IMG/VR virus record: IMGVR_UViG_3300014962_000002
Span: 1 to 34,130 of that record
Strand: one strand, 5' to 3'
From: a virus
Length of the DNA stretch: 34,130 nt
In this document: one piece after another, positions 19,338 through 25,166 of the stretch
How the letters are laid out: each line of letters opens with the position of its first letter
Position numbering within the stretch: position 1 is the stretch's first letter
Made by a program: the position numbers and the translations under genes
Notes under the pieces: model-generated
What the model was told of the DNA's origin: nothing
What the model saw: the letters and a program-made list of their open reading frames with translations, nothing else
The model's database searches: none

Positions 19338-19363
19338 AAAAAAAAGGAGTGTAGAAACACCCC
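19338..19363 (-). terminator. Intrinsic terminator after the 19396-19665 ORF
   Basis: The minus strand reads ggggtg-tttcta-cactcc followed by T8. It closely resembles the terminator at 9725-9753. Confidence 0.7.
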
Positions 19364-19395
19364 TTCATTCACAAAAAACTAACTAACCAATGAAA

Positions 19396-19665
19396 CTATT
19401 TTTTCTTACTTAATTCTTTCATGTATTCTGATTCCGCTTTGATATATGTTAAGGAATTTAAAAACTCTAAGTACGTTAATTCCCAAGCATCATTTAACTT
19501 TATTCCGTTGTGGGCTGCGACTTGCTTAGCTGAGTAAATCCATCCATAGTGTTCAATAAATGGGTTAACTTCCTCTTCGTTTCCATCGTCAACTCTTTCC
19601 TCTCGATTAAATAATGCAGCGTAGTTTGAATCAACTTCTCTAATAGCCGACAAAAAAAAATACAA
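19396..19665 (-). CDS. -1 frame extension ORF, likely expressed only as a fusion with 19500-20174
   Basis: No ATG (the track start is a TTG inside the T-run); overlaps the upstream ORF by 166 nt; begins exactly at the T9 run. Confidence 0.5.
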   Translation of the reverse strand: MYFFLSAIREVDSNYAALFNREERVDDGNEEEVNPFIEHYGWIYSAKQVAAHNGIKLNDAWELTYLEFLNSLTYIKAESEYMKELSKKK

Positions 19666-20174
19666 GCAGAATAAACGTCTATAAATTTAGCATCTAGTAT
19701 TTCCTCACTTATTCTACTATGGTCCTCAGGTCTTGTTTTCTTATCAAAATAGAAACCTAATATCTTTCTTTGTGGCACTACCATTGTAGCCATTATTTTA
19801 CCGATATTATCCTCAAATTTAGCTGCAAATGATTTAACACTTATCACATCTCCCGCACTCGAGAACATCGCTATTTGCTTGCGTTGGTTGTGTTTACGAA
19901 CATCGTATTTAATCCGATAATAATTCCCATTTACTTTGATTCTTTTTTTCGGTTTAACTTCTTTTATCGGTTCACTCAAAAAGTCCAACTCTTTCAACCT
20001 ATCTTTAAAATCTTGGTCGTTTAAATTCTCAACATAACTTAAAGGTAAGTCAAAGAACAAAGCCACTATTTTCTCATTAAATTCGATTTGTTGAACTAAT
20101 GAAGGTTCTTTAAGGTCGTTGGCTAACTTTATATACTGTTGCCATTCTCTAACGGTTATATCGTTCCAAGTCAT
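19500..20174 (-). CDS. hypothetical late protein, 224 aa in the 0 frame (possible tail assembly chaperone-like)
   Basis: ORF; contains the slippery T9 run at codons ~171-174. Confidence 0.55.
   Translation of the reverse strand: MTWNDITVREWQQYIKLANDLKEPSLVQQIEFNEKIVALFFDLPLSYVENLNDQDFKDRLKELDFLSEPIKEVKPKKRIKVNGNYYRIKYDVRKHNQRKQIAMFSSAGDVISVKSFAAKFEDNIGKIMATMVVPQRKILGFYFDKKTRPEDHSRISEEILDAKFIDVYSACIFFCRLLEKLIQTTLHYLIERKELTMETKRKLTHLLNTMDGFTQLSKSQPTTE
19652..19660 (-). promoter_or_regulatory. Slippery T9 run (U_UUU_UUU heptamer in the 0 frame)
   Basis: 0-frame codons are tgt att ttt ttt tgt. A -1 slip reads ...ttt ttt ttg tcg gct, which is the downstream ORF frame. Confidence 0.5.
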
Positions 20175-20479
20175 TATAGTGCGTCTATTTGTGCTTGAGC
20201 TGTGGTTACATAAGAAGCGTATTGAGTATCAACTCCACTTTTTACAGAATCTCTTTGTGCATTTAATGCCGTTGCTGCATTAGTTTTTAAGGTAGCCTTA
20301 GAAGTAGCCGCTAGCCCGACTATTTGCCATTCAAGAACGCTATTATCCGAACTCCTAAATGTATAAGAATAAGTAGCACCATTCTCAGTGATTCCCTTTA
20401 TTACATCCCTTGCAATATCTCCTGAATTAATATCAGTAATGTAAACAACGTCATTTGTAATACTATATGCTGCTGGCAT
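20174..20479 (-). CDS. hypothetical protein, 101 aa
   Basis: ORF in array, 1-nt overlap with the next gene. Confidence 0.55.
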   Translation of the reverse strand: MPAAYSITNDVVYITDINSGDIARDVIKGITENGATYSYTFRSSDNSVLEWQIVGLAATSKATLKTNAATALNAQRDSVKSGVDTQYASYVTTAQAQIDAL

Positions 20480-20480
20480 T

Positions 20481-20687
20481 TTAATTTAATTGTGGGTTAA
20501 AAAGTCTTCTTCTTTTAGTTTTATTAATTAGCTTTTGATGTCGCTTTTGTTCAATCGCTTCTTTCTTTTTATGCCTTAAAAACTGCATAACCCGAATATA
20601 ATCTATTTGGTCTTTAGTTAGTAAGACAATACTCCCATCATCAGCCTTCACTTTAAATAGTAGTTTATAATTATTTGGGTCAAGCAT
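20481..20687 (-). CDS. hypothetical basic protein, 68 aa
   Basis: ORF in array. Confidence 0.5.
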   Translation of the reverse strand: MLDPNNYKLLFKVKADDGSIVLLTKDQIDYIRVMQFLRHKKKEAIEQKRHQKLINKTKRRRLFNPQLN

Positions 20688-20931
20688 TGCAAGTAAATTC
20701 TAGGTTTAACTCAAATTCTAATTCTGATATTTGATTGACTTTATTTGTCAAAAATATAATATCTCTTGCTGATACAATAATATTCATCTCGTTAATATTT
20801 TTATTAATAACCTCTTCAAGTACAAATTTATCTTTAAGACTGAAACCCGTATTGTAAAATAACTTTATGTTTTCTATTTGTTTCAAATCTTCACTTGTGT
20901 ACACTTTATGTACATTCATTGTTAGTTTCAT
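20680..20931 (-). CDS. hypothetical protein, 83 aa
   Basis: ORF in array. Confidence 0.5.
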   Translation of the reverse strand: MKLTMNVHKVYTSEDLKQIENIKLFYNTGFSLKDKFVLEEVINKNINEMNIIVSARDIIFLTNKVNQISELEFELNLEFTCNA

Positions 20932-20952
20932 GTTTGTTAGTTTTTTACAAAA

Positions 20953-22128
20953 TTACAAAACATTTATCGAATAATTACCTCTATTTAATCCTTCATTGTA
21001 TCCACTCCATGCCAAAGCTAAGGACATAACACAATCGTCATGGAAGCCTTGAGGTGCGCCATACTTTACGCCCGTTGCTGTATATTGATATTCAATGACT
21101 TCCAATTCTTCTTTTATGATTCCTTCGGGTATTCCAATCTTTTGTTGGTGAATAGCTGAGGATAACTGCAACATCATTTGCTGTTTGGATTGACTTGTGA
21201 ACTTCACGCCTTGCACGTCTAAGTTATCTTCTTGTAATTCTTCGCATATAGGGTCGCCTACACCAGTACTATCTATTCTTATCGGACATCTAGGCAATTG
21301 CTTTATAGTCTCCTTAGTAGCCTTCCAATCCCTTTGAAACCTATCAAAATAGCAAACAACTCCAAACCTATCCAACCCTATAATTACTGTATAATCCACA
21401 CTTTTAGCCAAATCTATTCCAAAGATAATAGGTGAATGATTCGAAATAGGTAAAACACAATTAGCAATCTTATCGAGTCCAAAAGGATTATCTGCATTCT
21501 CCGCAGGATTAGCCATGTACTCTTGTTCAAAGACTGCCGTTGGTAATTGGCTTCTTGCGTCGTCTATTTCTTCTTTAGGTATATAAGGATTCTCATAAGT
21601 TGAAAACTTAAACGACTTCCAATCTTTATCAGATAATCCTTTTAAGTATAACGAATAAGTAAACTTCTTACCTCTTGGAGTGCTTAGAAATATCCCATCG
21701 CCTTTATAGTCTGTTAATGTAGGTCTTATAGAATTTAGCCAACCTTCTTGCAAGTTCTTGATGTAATCGCACTCGTCCATTATAACCCTATGGAACTTAC
21801 GACCTCTGAAACTATCTAATCTTTCACCGGTGAAAAACTGAATATACCCACCAGTTAATAAAGTAATTACTAAGTCCGACTTGTTAGACGTATAAACATT
21901 GTCGGGCAATCTGTTTGTTAACTCTTCAAAGAAGTATTTAGCTAGTAAGTAAGTTGGAGTAACATAAGCAACCGACTTTCCTTGTAATGCTGTTTTAATT
22001 GCTTCCGATTGACTTATTAACGACTTACCCCACCTCCTACCACACATAAGAACTCTAAACCTTGTCGTATCTGCAAGGAATAGTTTTTGAGTATCATGTG
22101 GTCTTGGTAGTTTTATTTCAATCTTCAT
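20953..22128 (-). CDS. terL: terminase large subunit
   Basis: Walker A-like CGRRWGKS, Walker B-like RVIMDECD, and C-terminal RNase-H-like nuclease residues (GIDLA, IDSTGVGD, HDDCVMSLALA). Confidence 0.85.
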   Translation of the reverse strand: MKIEIKLPRPHDTQKLFLADTTRFRVLMCGRRWGKSLISQSEAIKTALQGKSVAYVTPTYLLAKYFFEELTNRLPDNVYTSNKSDLVITLLTGGYIQFFTGERLDSFRGRKFHRVIMDECDYIKNLQEGWLNSIRPTLTDYKGDGIFLSTPRGKKFTYSLYLKGLSDKDWKSFKFSTYENPYIPKEEIDDARSQLPTAVFEQEYMANPAENADNPFGLDKIANCVLPISNHSPIIFGIDLAKSVDYTVIIGLDRFGVVCYFDRFQRDWKATKETIKQLPRCPIRIDSTGVGDPICEELQEDNLDVQGVKFTSQSKQQMMLQLSSAIHQQKIGIPEGIIKEELEVIEYQYTATGVKYGAPQGFHDDCVMSLALAWSGYNEGLNRGNYSINVL

Positions 22129-22537
22129 ATTTTACGACAATCTCATGTTTGTTGTCGCTATCTACTTTACTTTCTGATTTATCAGTTAATCCGTTTAATC
22201 GTTGGGTTATACTTGGATTATAGAACCCTAATAGACCTCCTATTATTTGATTTTCTCTTATTTGGTCTTTAATATGCGAACAGATATCCACAAACTCTTT
22301 ATAATATCCATCTTTATCTTCAAAGTATTGTTTGACTTCGCCATAATTTTCACGGCAAAATCTTTTAAAACCTTCATAAGTCATTGGCACTTTTTGCGGG
22401 TCTGCTACTCTTTCTCCGTCTTTACCTACATATTGAACCTTTAGCCACTCATTACTTTGTTTTGTTAGGTCTTCTTTATAAAGATTAAACGCTGTAAGTA
22501 GTTGTTCGGGAGTTTCAAATATTCGTGTAGGGTGCAT
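22118..22537 (-). CDS. terminase small subunit-like protein
   Basis: Immediately upstream of and overlapping terL; the N-terminus (FETPEQLLTAFNLYKEDL) resembles gp3-type packaging proteins. Confidence 0.5.
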   Translation of the reverse strand: MHPTRIFETPEQLLTAFNLYKEDLTKQSNEWLKVQYVGKDGERVADPQKVPMTYEGFKRFCRENYGEVKQYFEDKDGYYKEFVDICSHIKDQIRENQIIGGLLGFYNPSITQRLNGLTDKSESKVDSDNKHEIVVKYED

Positions 22538-22538
22538 A

Positions 22539-22817
22539 TTACTTTTTCTTTTTAGTTTCTTTTGTTTCTTCTTTTACGTTTATTGGCTCGGGTTGTGGTA
22601 ATTCGTTATACATTGCCCAAACTCTCTGAACCATATCACCCACACATGAAGCACACCACTGATTTACTGTGAAGTTAGAATCATTTGCTAAGGTCCTATA
22701 ACACTCTTGGTAGGCTAATACGTCTGAATGGTTGGTGAATCTCATTATCTCATCTTGTGCTAGTGCCTGATGGTTGTAATGATTTTGTAAGTACTCTTTT
22801 ACTTGCTCGAAAGTCAT
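22539..22817 (-). CDS. hypothetical protein, 92 aa
   Basis: ORF in array. Confidence 0.55.
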   Translation of the reverse strand: MTFEQVKEYLQNHYNHQALAQDEIMRFTNHSDVLAYQECYRTLANDSNFTVNQWCASCVGDMVQRVWAMYNELPQPEPINVKEETKETKKKK

Positions 22818-23053
22818 AGTTTTAATTTTTGGATTATTCTAATTGCAATCGGTGATATTATACCCGAAGCGGAAACATTTAATAAGAAATACACAAAGTC
22901 ATAATTTGCGCTAACAATGTGAAGTAAAGCCACGATATAAACGGGTAAGCACACCGCACAGTTAAACGGCTTACGCTTAAAATAACTCAAGTTGCCATAC
23001 CTGTTGAACTCTATCAGATATATCGTCAACATTATTGCCGTTAAGGATATCAT
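22814..23053 (-). CDS. small membrane protein, 79 aa
   Basis: Hydrophobic segments; overlaps the 3' end of the sigma-like gene by 77 nt in another frame, so the start is uncertain. Confidence 0.4.
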   Translation of the reverse strand: MISLTAIMLTIYLIEFNRYGNLSYFKRKPFNCAVCLPVYIVALLHIVSANYDFVYFLLNVSASGIISPIAIRIIQKLKL

Positions 23054-23483
23054 TTGTTATGATTTTAGATTCTAAATGTGATTTTACTTTGTTGATTATG
23101 TTTAGTAATGTCTTTCTCGGTACCTGTGATTTTCGGCTAAACTCTGAAATATTTTCACCGAATGCGTAATCCTCAAAGATTCTACGTTCAACGCTATTTA
23201 AAGGCTCAAGGCACTCGAGTAAGCGGTCAATCCTTGCATCTATATTAATCTCGCTTGCTTCGTCTTCTTTGATATTAAGGACATTACTATTGAAGTCAAT
23301 CGGATCTATTCTTGGATTCAGATACTTTCTTTTAAAATCACTGCCTCTTGTAAAGTTCATTAATGTTCTTACACAATACCATTGCATCCAACCTTCATTA
23401 ATACCTCGTTCTATAAAACCTTTGTCTTTCTCTTCTTTTTCGTAAAGTGATATAAATAACTCATGTTTTGCATCATGTTGCAA
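22977..23483 (-). CDS. ECF/sigma-70-like late transcription regulator
   Basis: Region-2-like W.WYCVRTLMNFTRGSDFKRKY and region-4-like HTH LNSVERRIFEDYAFGENISEFSRKSQVPRKTLLNIINKVKSHL. It is the first gene of the late arm, directly upstream of the terminase genes. The start is TTG with no in-frame upstream ATG (the frame is open to 23573). Confidence 0.5.
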   Translation of the reverse strand: MQHDAKHELFISLYEKEEKDKGFIERGINEGWMQWYCVRTLMNFTRGSDFKRKYLNPRIDPIDFNSNVLNIKEDEASEINIDARIDRLLECLEPLNSVERRIFEDYAFGENISEFSRKSQVPRKTLLNIINKVKSHLESKIITNDILNGNNVDDISDRVQQVWQLELF

Positions 23484-23568
23484 GTCAATGGGGATAAGAT
23501 TACGGATAGCTTGGTTTATGTCGCCATCTCGGTATAATGTTTCTATGATTACTTGTATCTCGATTATG

Positions 23569-23576
23569 CAAAGTTA
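23569..23576 (-). promoter_or_regulatory. Candidate -7 box (TAacTTTG on the minus strand) for the sigma-like gene
   Basis: Matches TAnnTTTG, but the -33 region reads TTTT rather than TTTG. Confidence 0.3.
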
Positions 23577-23628
23577 TCCTATCTATTCTTATTAAAATAA
23601 GAAATATTTTTTCTTTTTTGAAAAAAAA

Positions 23629-23659
23629 TTTGCAGATTTAAAAAGTTGTTCTATCTTTG
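23629..23659 (+). promoter_or_regulatory. Bacteroidota-type promoter P-early1 (TTTG-N19-TAtcTTTG)
   Basis: TTTG at 23629-23632 and TATCTTTG at 23652-23659 with a 19-nt spacer. About 45 nt is shared with the promoter at 33627-33657. Confidence 0.75.
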
Positions 23660-23664
23660 TGTTA

Positions 23665-23801
23665 TCAAAGTGAAAGGGATACAATCACAGAGACGGTAAG
23701 CTACCCACCGAAGCAAGAAGATAGCCCCAAACCACACATAAGGTACACGGGAAAATACTCAGGAACAAGCCGCTGAAAAGTGTTGGCAACTGCAAATGAA
23801 A
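23665..23801 (+). ncRNA. Untranslated, compositionally atypical leader RNA upstream of the ribozyme (5' end inferred)
   Basis: No start-codon-initiated ORF. Hand count of 23671-23800 gives 60/130 G+C and 16/130 T. Confidence 0.45.
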
Positions 23802-23859
23802 GGTTAACTGATGAGTTCTTCAATAGACGAAACTAGGGTTAAAATCCCTAGTCTTAACC
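23802..23859 (+). ncRNA. Type I hammerhead self-cleaving ribozyme motif
   Basis: Stem I ggttaa (23802-07) pairs with ttaacc (23854-59). CUGAUGA is at 23808-14. Stem II is G23815-C23828 plus 2 bp. GAA is at 23829-31. Stem III is 7 bp, actaggg (23832-38) with ccctagt (23846-52). The GUC triplet has C17 at 23853. Confidence 0.8.
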
Positions 23860-23875
23860 AATAAAACTAACTAAA

Positions 23876-24133
23876 ATGAAATGTCAATTAGTAAACGAAG
23901 GAACAAAAAACGCAATGAGATTACAATCTATTGGTGTTGTTTTAGGAACACCTGCATCAGAAATTAAAGAAGGTGATTTCTTAATGTGGAATTTTGGCTC
24001 AGTTTATTCAGTAAATTCTATATTAAAAGAAACTGATAAAATGATTGTTATATCAACATCTCCAAAAGGAAGTGATACAGTCTATGAGCAAAAATTAAAG
24101 AAATCAAGATTAGTATGCAAATTAGAAAACTAA
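23876..24133 (+). CDS. hypothetical early protein, 85 aa
   Basis: First ORF after the promoter/ribozyme. Confidence 0.65.
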   Translation: MKCQLVNEGTKNAMRLQSIGVVLGTPASEIKEGDFLMWNFGSVYSVNSILKETDKMIVISTSPKGSDTVYEQKLKKSRLVCKLEN

Positions 24134-24143
24134 GATAAAGGGG

Positions 24144-24171
24144 TGCAGCATCCTAACAACTGCAATTTTTT
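24144..24171 (+). terminator. Weak hairpin plus T-run after the first early gene
   Basis: tgcag (24144-48) pairs with ctgca (24160-64), with an 11-nt loop, followed by tttttt. Confidence 0.3.
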
Positions 24172-24192
24172 AAATTTTAAAACTAAATAACA

Positions 24193-24363
24193 ATGACAAA
24201 AGAATTAACACATGTTTTAATTGTCTATTGCATCCTATCTATAACATGGTTGTGTATTAGATGGTCAAAAGACAGATTTAAAAATGAAATGATAAAAATA
24301 GTTTTATTCTTTATTTTTTTAATTGGTCTTTTAATAGAACTTAAACTATTTAATATTATATAA
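24193..24363 (+). CDS. small membrane protein, 56 aa, not in the ORF track
   Basis: Hand translation gives MTKELTHVLIVYCILSITWLCIRWSKDRFKNEMIKIVLFFIFLIGLLIELKLFNII, with two hydrophobic helices. Confidence 0.5.
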   Translation: MTKELTHVLIVYCILSITWLCIRWSKDRFKNEMIKIVLFFIFLIGLLIELKLFNII

Positions 24364-24365
24364 AC

Positions 24366-24449
24366 ATGGACAAAGTAACTCGCTTTTTCGTTCGCATCCT
24401 TATAATTGGATTGCCGCCTTTTATTTTATATCACATTTTTTTAAACTAA
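24366..24449 (+). CDS. micro-ORF, 27 aa, hydrophobic
   Basis: MDKVTRFFVRILIIGLPPFILYHIFLN; starts 2 nt after the previous stop. Confidence 0.3.
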   Translation: MDKVTRFFVRILIIGLPPFILYHIFLN

Positions 24450-24455
24450 CTAGCC

Positions 24456-24614
24456 ATGATAACTCAAAACATTTTTATTGTTTGCTCAATAGTTGGCAGC
24501 ATTATCTTCTTCTTTATGGGTTTCTTTTTTGGAAGACATGACAAAAAACAAGAGGAAGATTTTTACAGAGATTTTTACGAAGATTACATAACTAAAAACA
24601 ACATAGATGAATAA
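24456..24614 (+). CDS. small membrane protein, 52 aa, not in the ORF track
   Basis: MITQNIFIVCSIVGSIIFFFMGFFFGRHDKKQEEDFYRDFYEDYITKNNIDE; overlaps the next gene by 8 nt. Confidence 0.5.
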   Translation: MITQNIFIVCSIVGSIIFFFMGFFFGRHDKKQEEDFYRDFYEDYITKNNIDE

Positions 24615-24804
24615 ATCAATCGAGTACCTTAAGACAAACCACGACATCATTAAAGTATCATTTGTAACCAATTTAACGGGCTTAGCACCTTCTTTGCTTA
24701 GTCGCCTTATGTCAGGTAACCAAAAGAAATTAAGTGTCGAGAATGCCGCTAAAATCGACAAAGCCGTTAACATTATTAAATCACGTTTAAATAACCATTT
24801 ATGA
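24607..24804 (+). CDS. small HTH DNA-binding protein (Cro/XRE-like)
   Basis: VSFVTNLTGLAPSLLSRLMSGNQKKLSVENAAKI resembles a helix-turn-helix. Confidence 0.5.
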   Translation: MNKSIEYLKTNHDIIKVSFVTNLTGLAPSLLSRLMSGNQKKLSVENAAKIDKAVNIIKSRLNNHL

Positions 24805-25145
24805 GACTAACTAAGAGTTTTGAAACTCCTTTCTTTTACGAAAGCCAAAAACAAAAAGTAAATATTAATATTAAAGGTTTTGTTTACTTTAATGAAGATG
24901 CCTACAATCTCGACTTTGAAGATGAGTGTATCACTTATGATATTGATTCAATTACCTTACTAGGGGGTAAAGACAATATTAGAGATTTATTACACATTCT
25001 TGAAGGTGGTTGGATTGCTTCAGATATTGAACGTGAAGTTAAGCGTGTAGGCTTAGAACTATTTGAACGTGAACTCCGACCACTTCGCAAAGATGATAAC
25101 GATGATGAATTAGACCTTTACAGAGAATACAAAGAAAACAATTAA
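24801..25145 (+). CDS. acidic hypothetical protein, 114 aa
   Basis: 27 Asp/Glu by hand count; ATGA overlap with the upstream gene. Confidence 0.6.
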   Translation: MRLTKSFETPFFYESQKQKVNINIKGFVYFNEDAYNLDFEDECITYDIDSITLLGGKDNIRDLLHILEGGWIASDIEREVKRVGLELFERELRPLRKDDNDDELDLYREYKENN

Positions 25146-25166
25146 TCACATTTAAAACTTAAACCA

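Noticed and set aside
20638-20644. CUGAUGA on the minus strand. Also CUGAGGA at 19723-19729 (minus strand) and CUGAAGA at 27619-27625 (plus strand).
   Set aside because: All are inside CDSs. None is followed by a stem II, GAAA, stem III and UH arrangement or by complementary stem I arms.
22284-22292. DnaA-box-like ATATCCACA
   Set aside because: It is a single 8/9 match inside a CDS, far from the replication genes, and is expected by chance.
22247-22444. 65-aa plus-strand ORF inside the small-terminase-like gene. Also 25187-25417 (minus strand) and 25904-26152 (plus strand, alternate frame) inside the recombination genes.
   Set aside because: They are antisense or out-of-frame overlaps of genes that have recognisable motifs.
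23657-23776. Open frame of about 38 codons through the leader (…ERDTITETVSYPPKQEDSPKPHIRYTGKYSGTSR)
   Set aside because: The only possible start is a TTG inside the promoter -7 box, upstream of the expected transcription start. There is no ATG or GTG in frame.
23760-23800. Twister-ribozyme-like string ACAAGCCGCUGAAAAGUG just upstream of the hammerhead. Twister and hammerhead motifs are reported to co-occur.
   Set aside because: The 4-bp P4 stem that should enclose an 8-nt loop ending in AAGC cannot form (UCAG versus CGCU). I could not build the P1/P2 helices or the pseudoknots. The resemblance is limited to a short A-rich string.
23833-23851. tRNA T-arm-like hairpin (ctaggg-ttaaaat-ccctag)
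   Set aside because: No acceptor, D or anticodon arms can be drawn around it, and the loop lacks the TTC signature. It is fully explained as hammerhead stem III.
23811-23864. 17-codon ORF (MSSSIDETRVKIPSLNQ) overlapping the hammerhead
   Set aside because: It lies entirely within the ribozyme helices and would be severed by cleavage. It is very short, with no supporting context.
24486-24773. 95-aa minus-strand ORF from the ORF track
   Set aside because: It is antisense to two tightly packed plus-strand genes (24456-24614 and 24607-24804) in a uniformly plus-strand arm. Its hydrophobic low-complexity translation is typical of antisense AT-rich frames.
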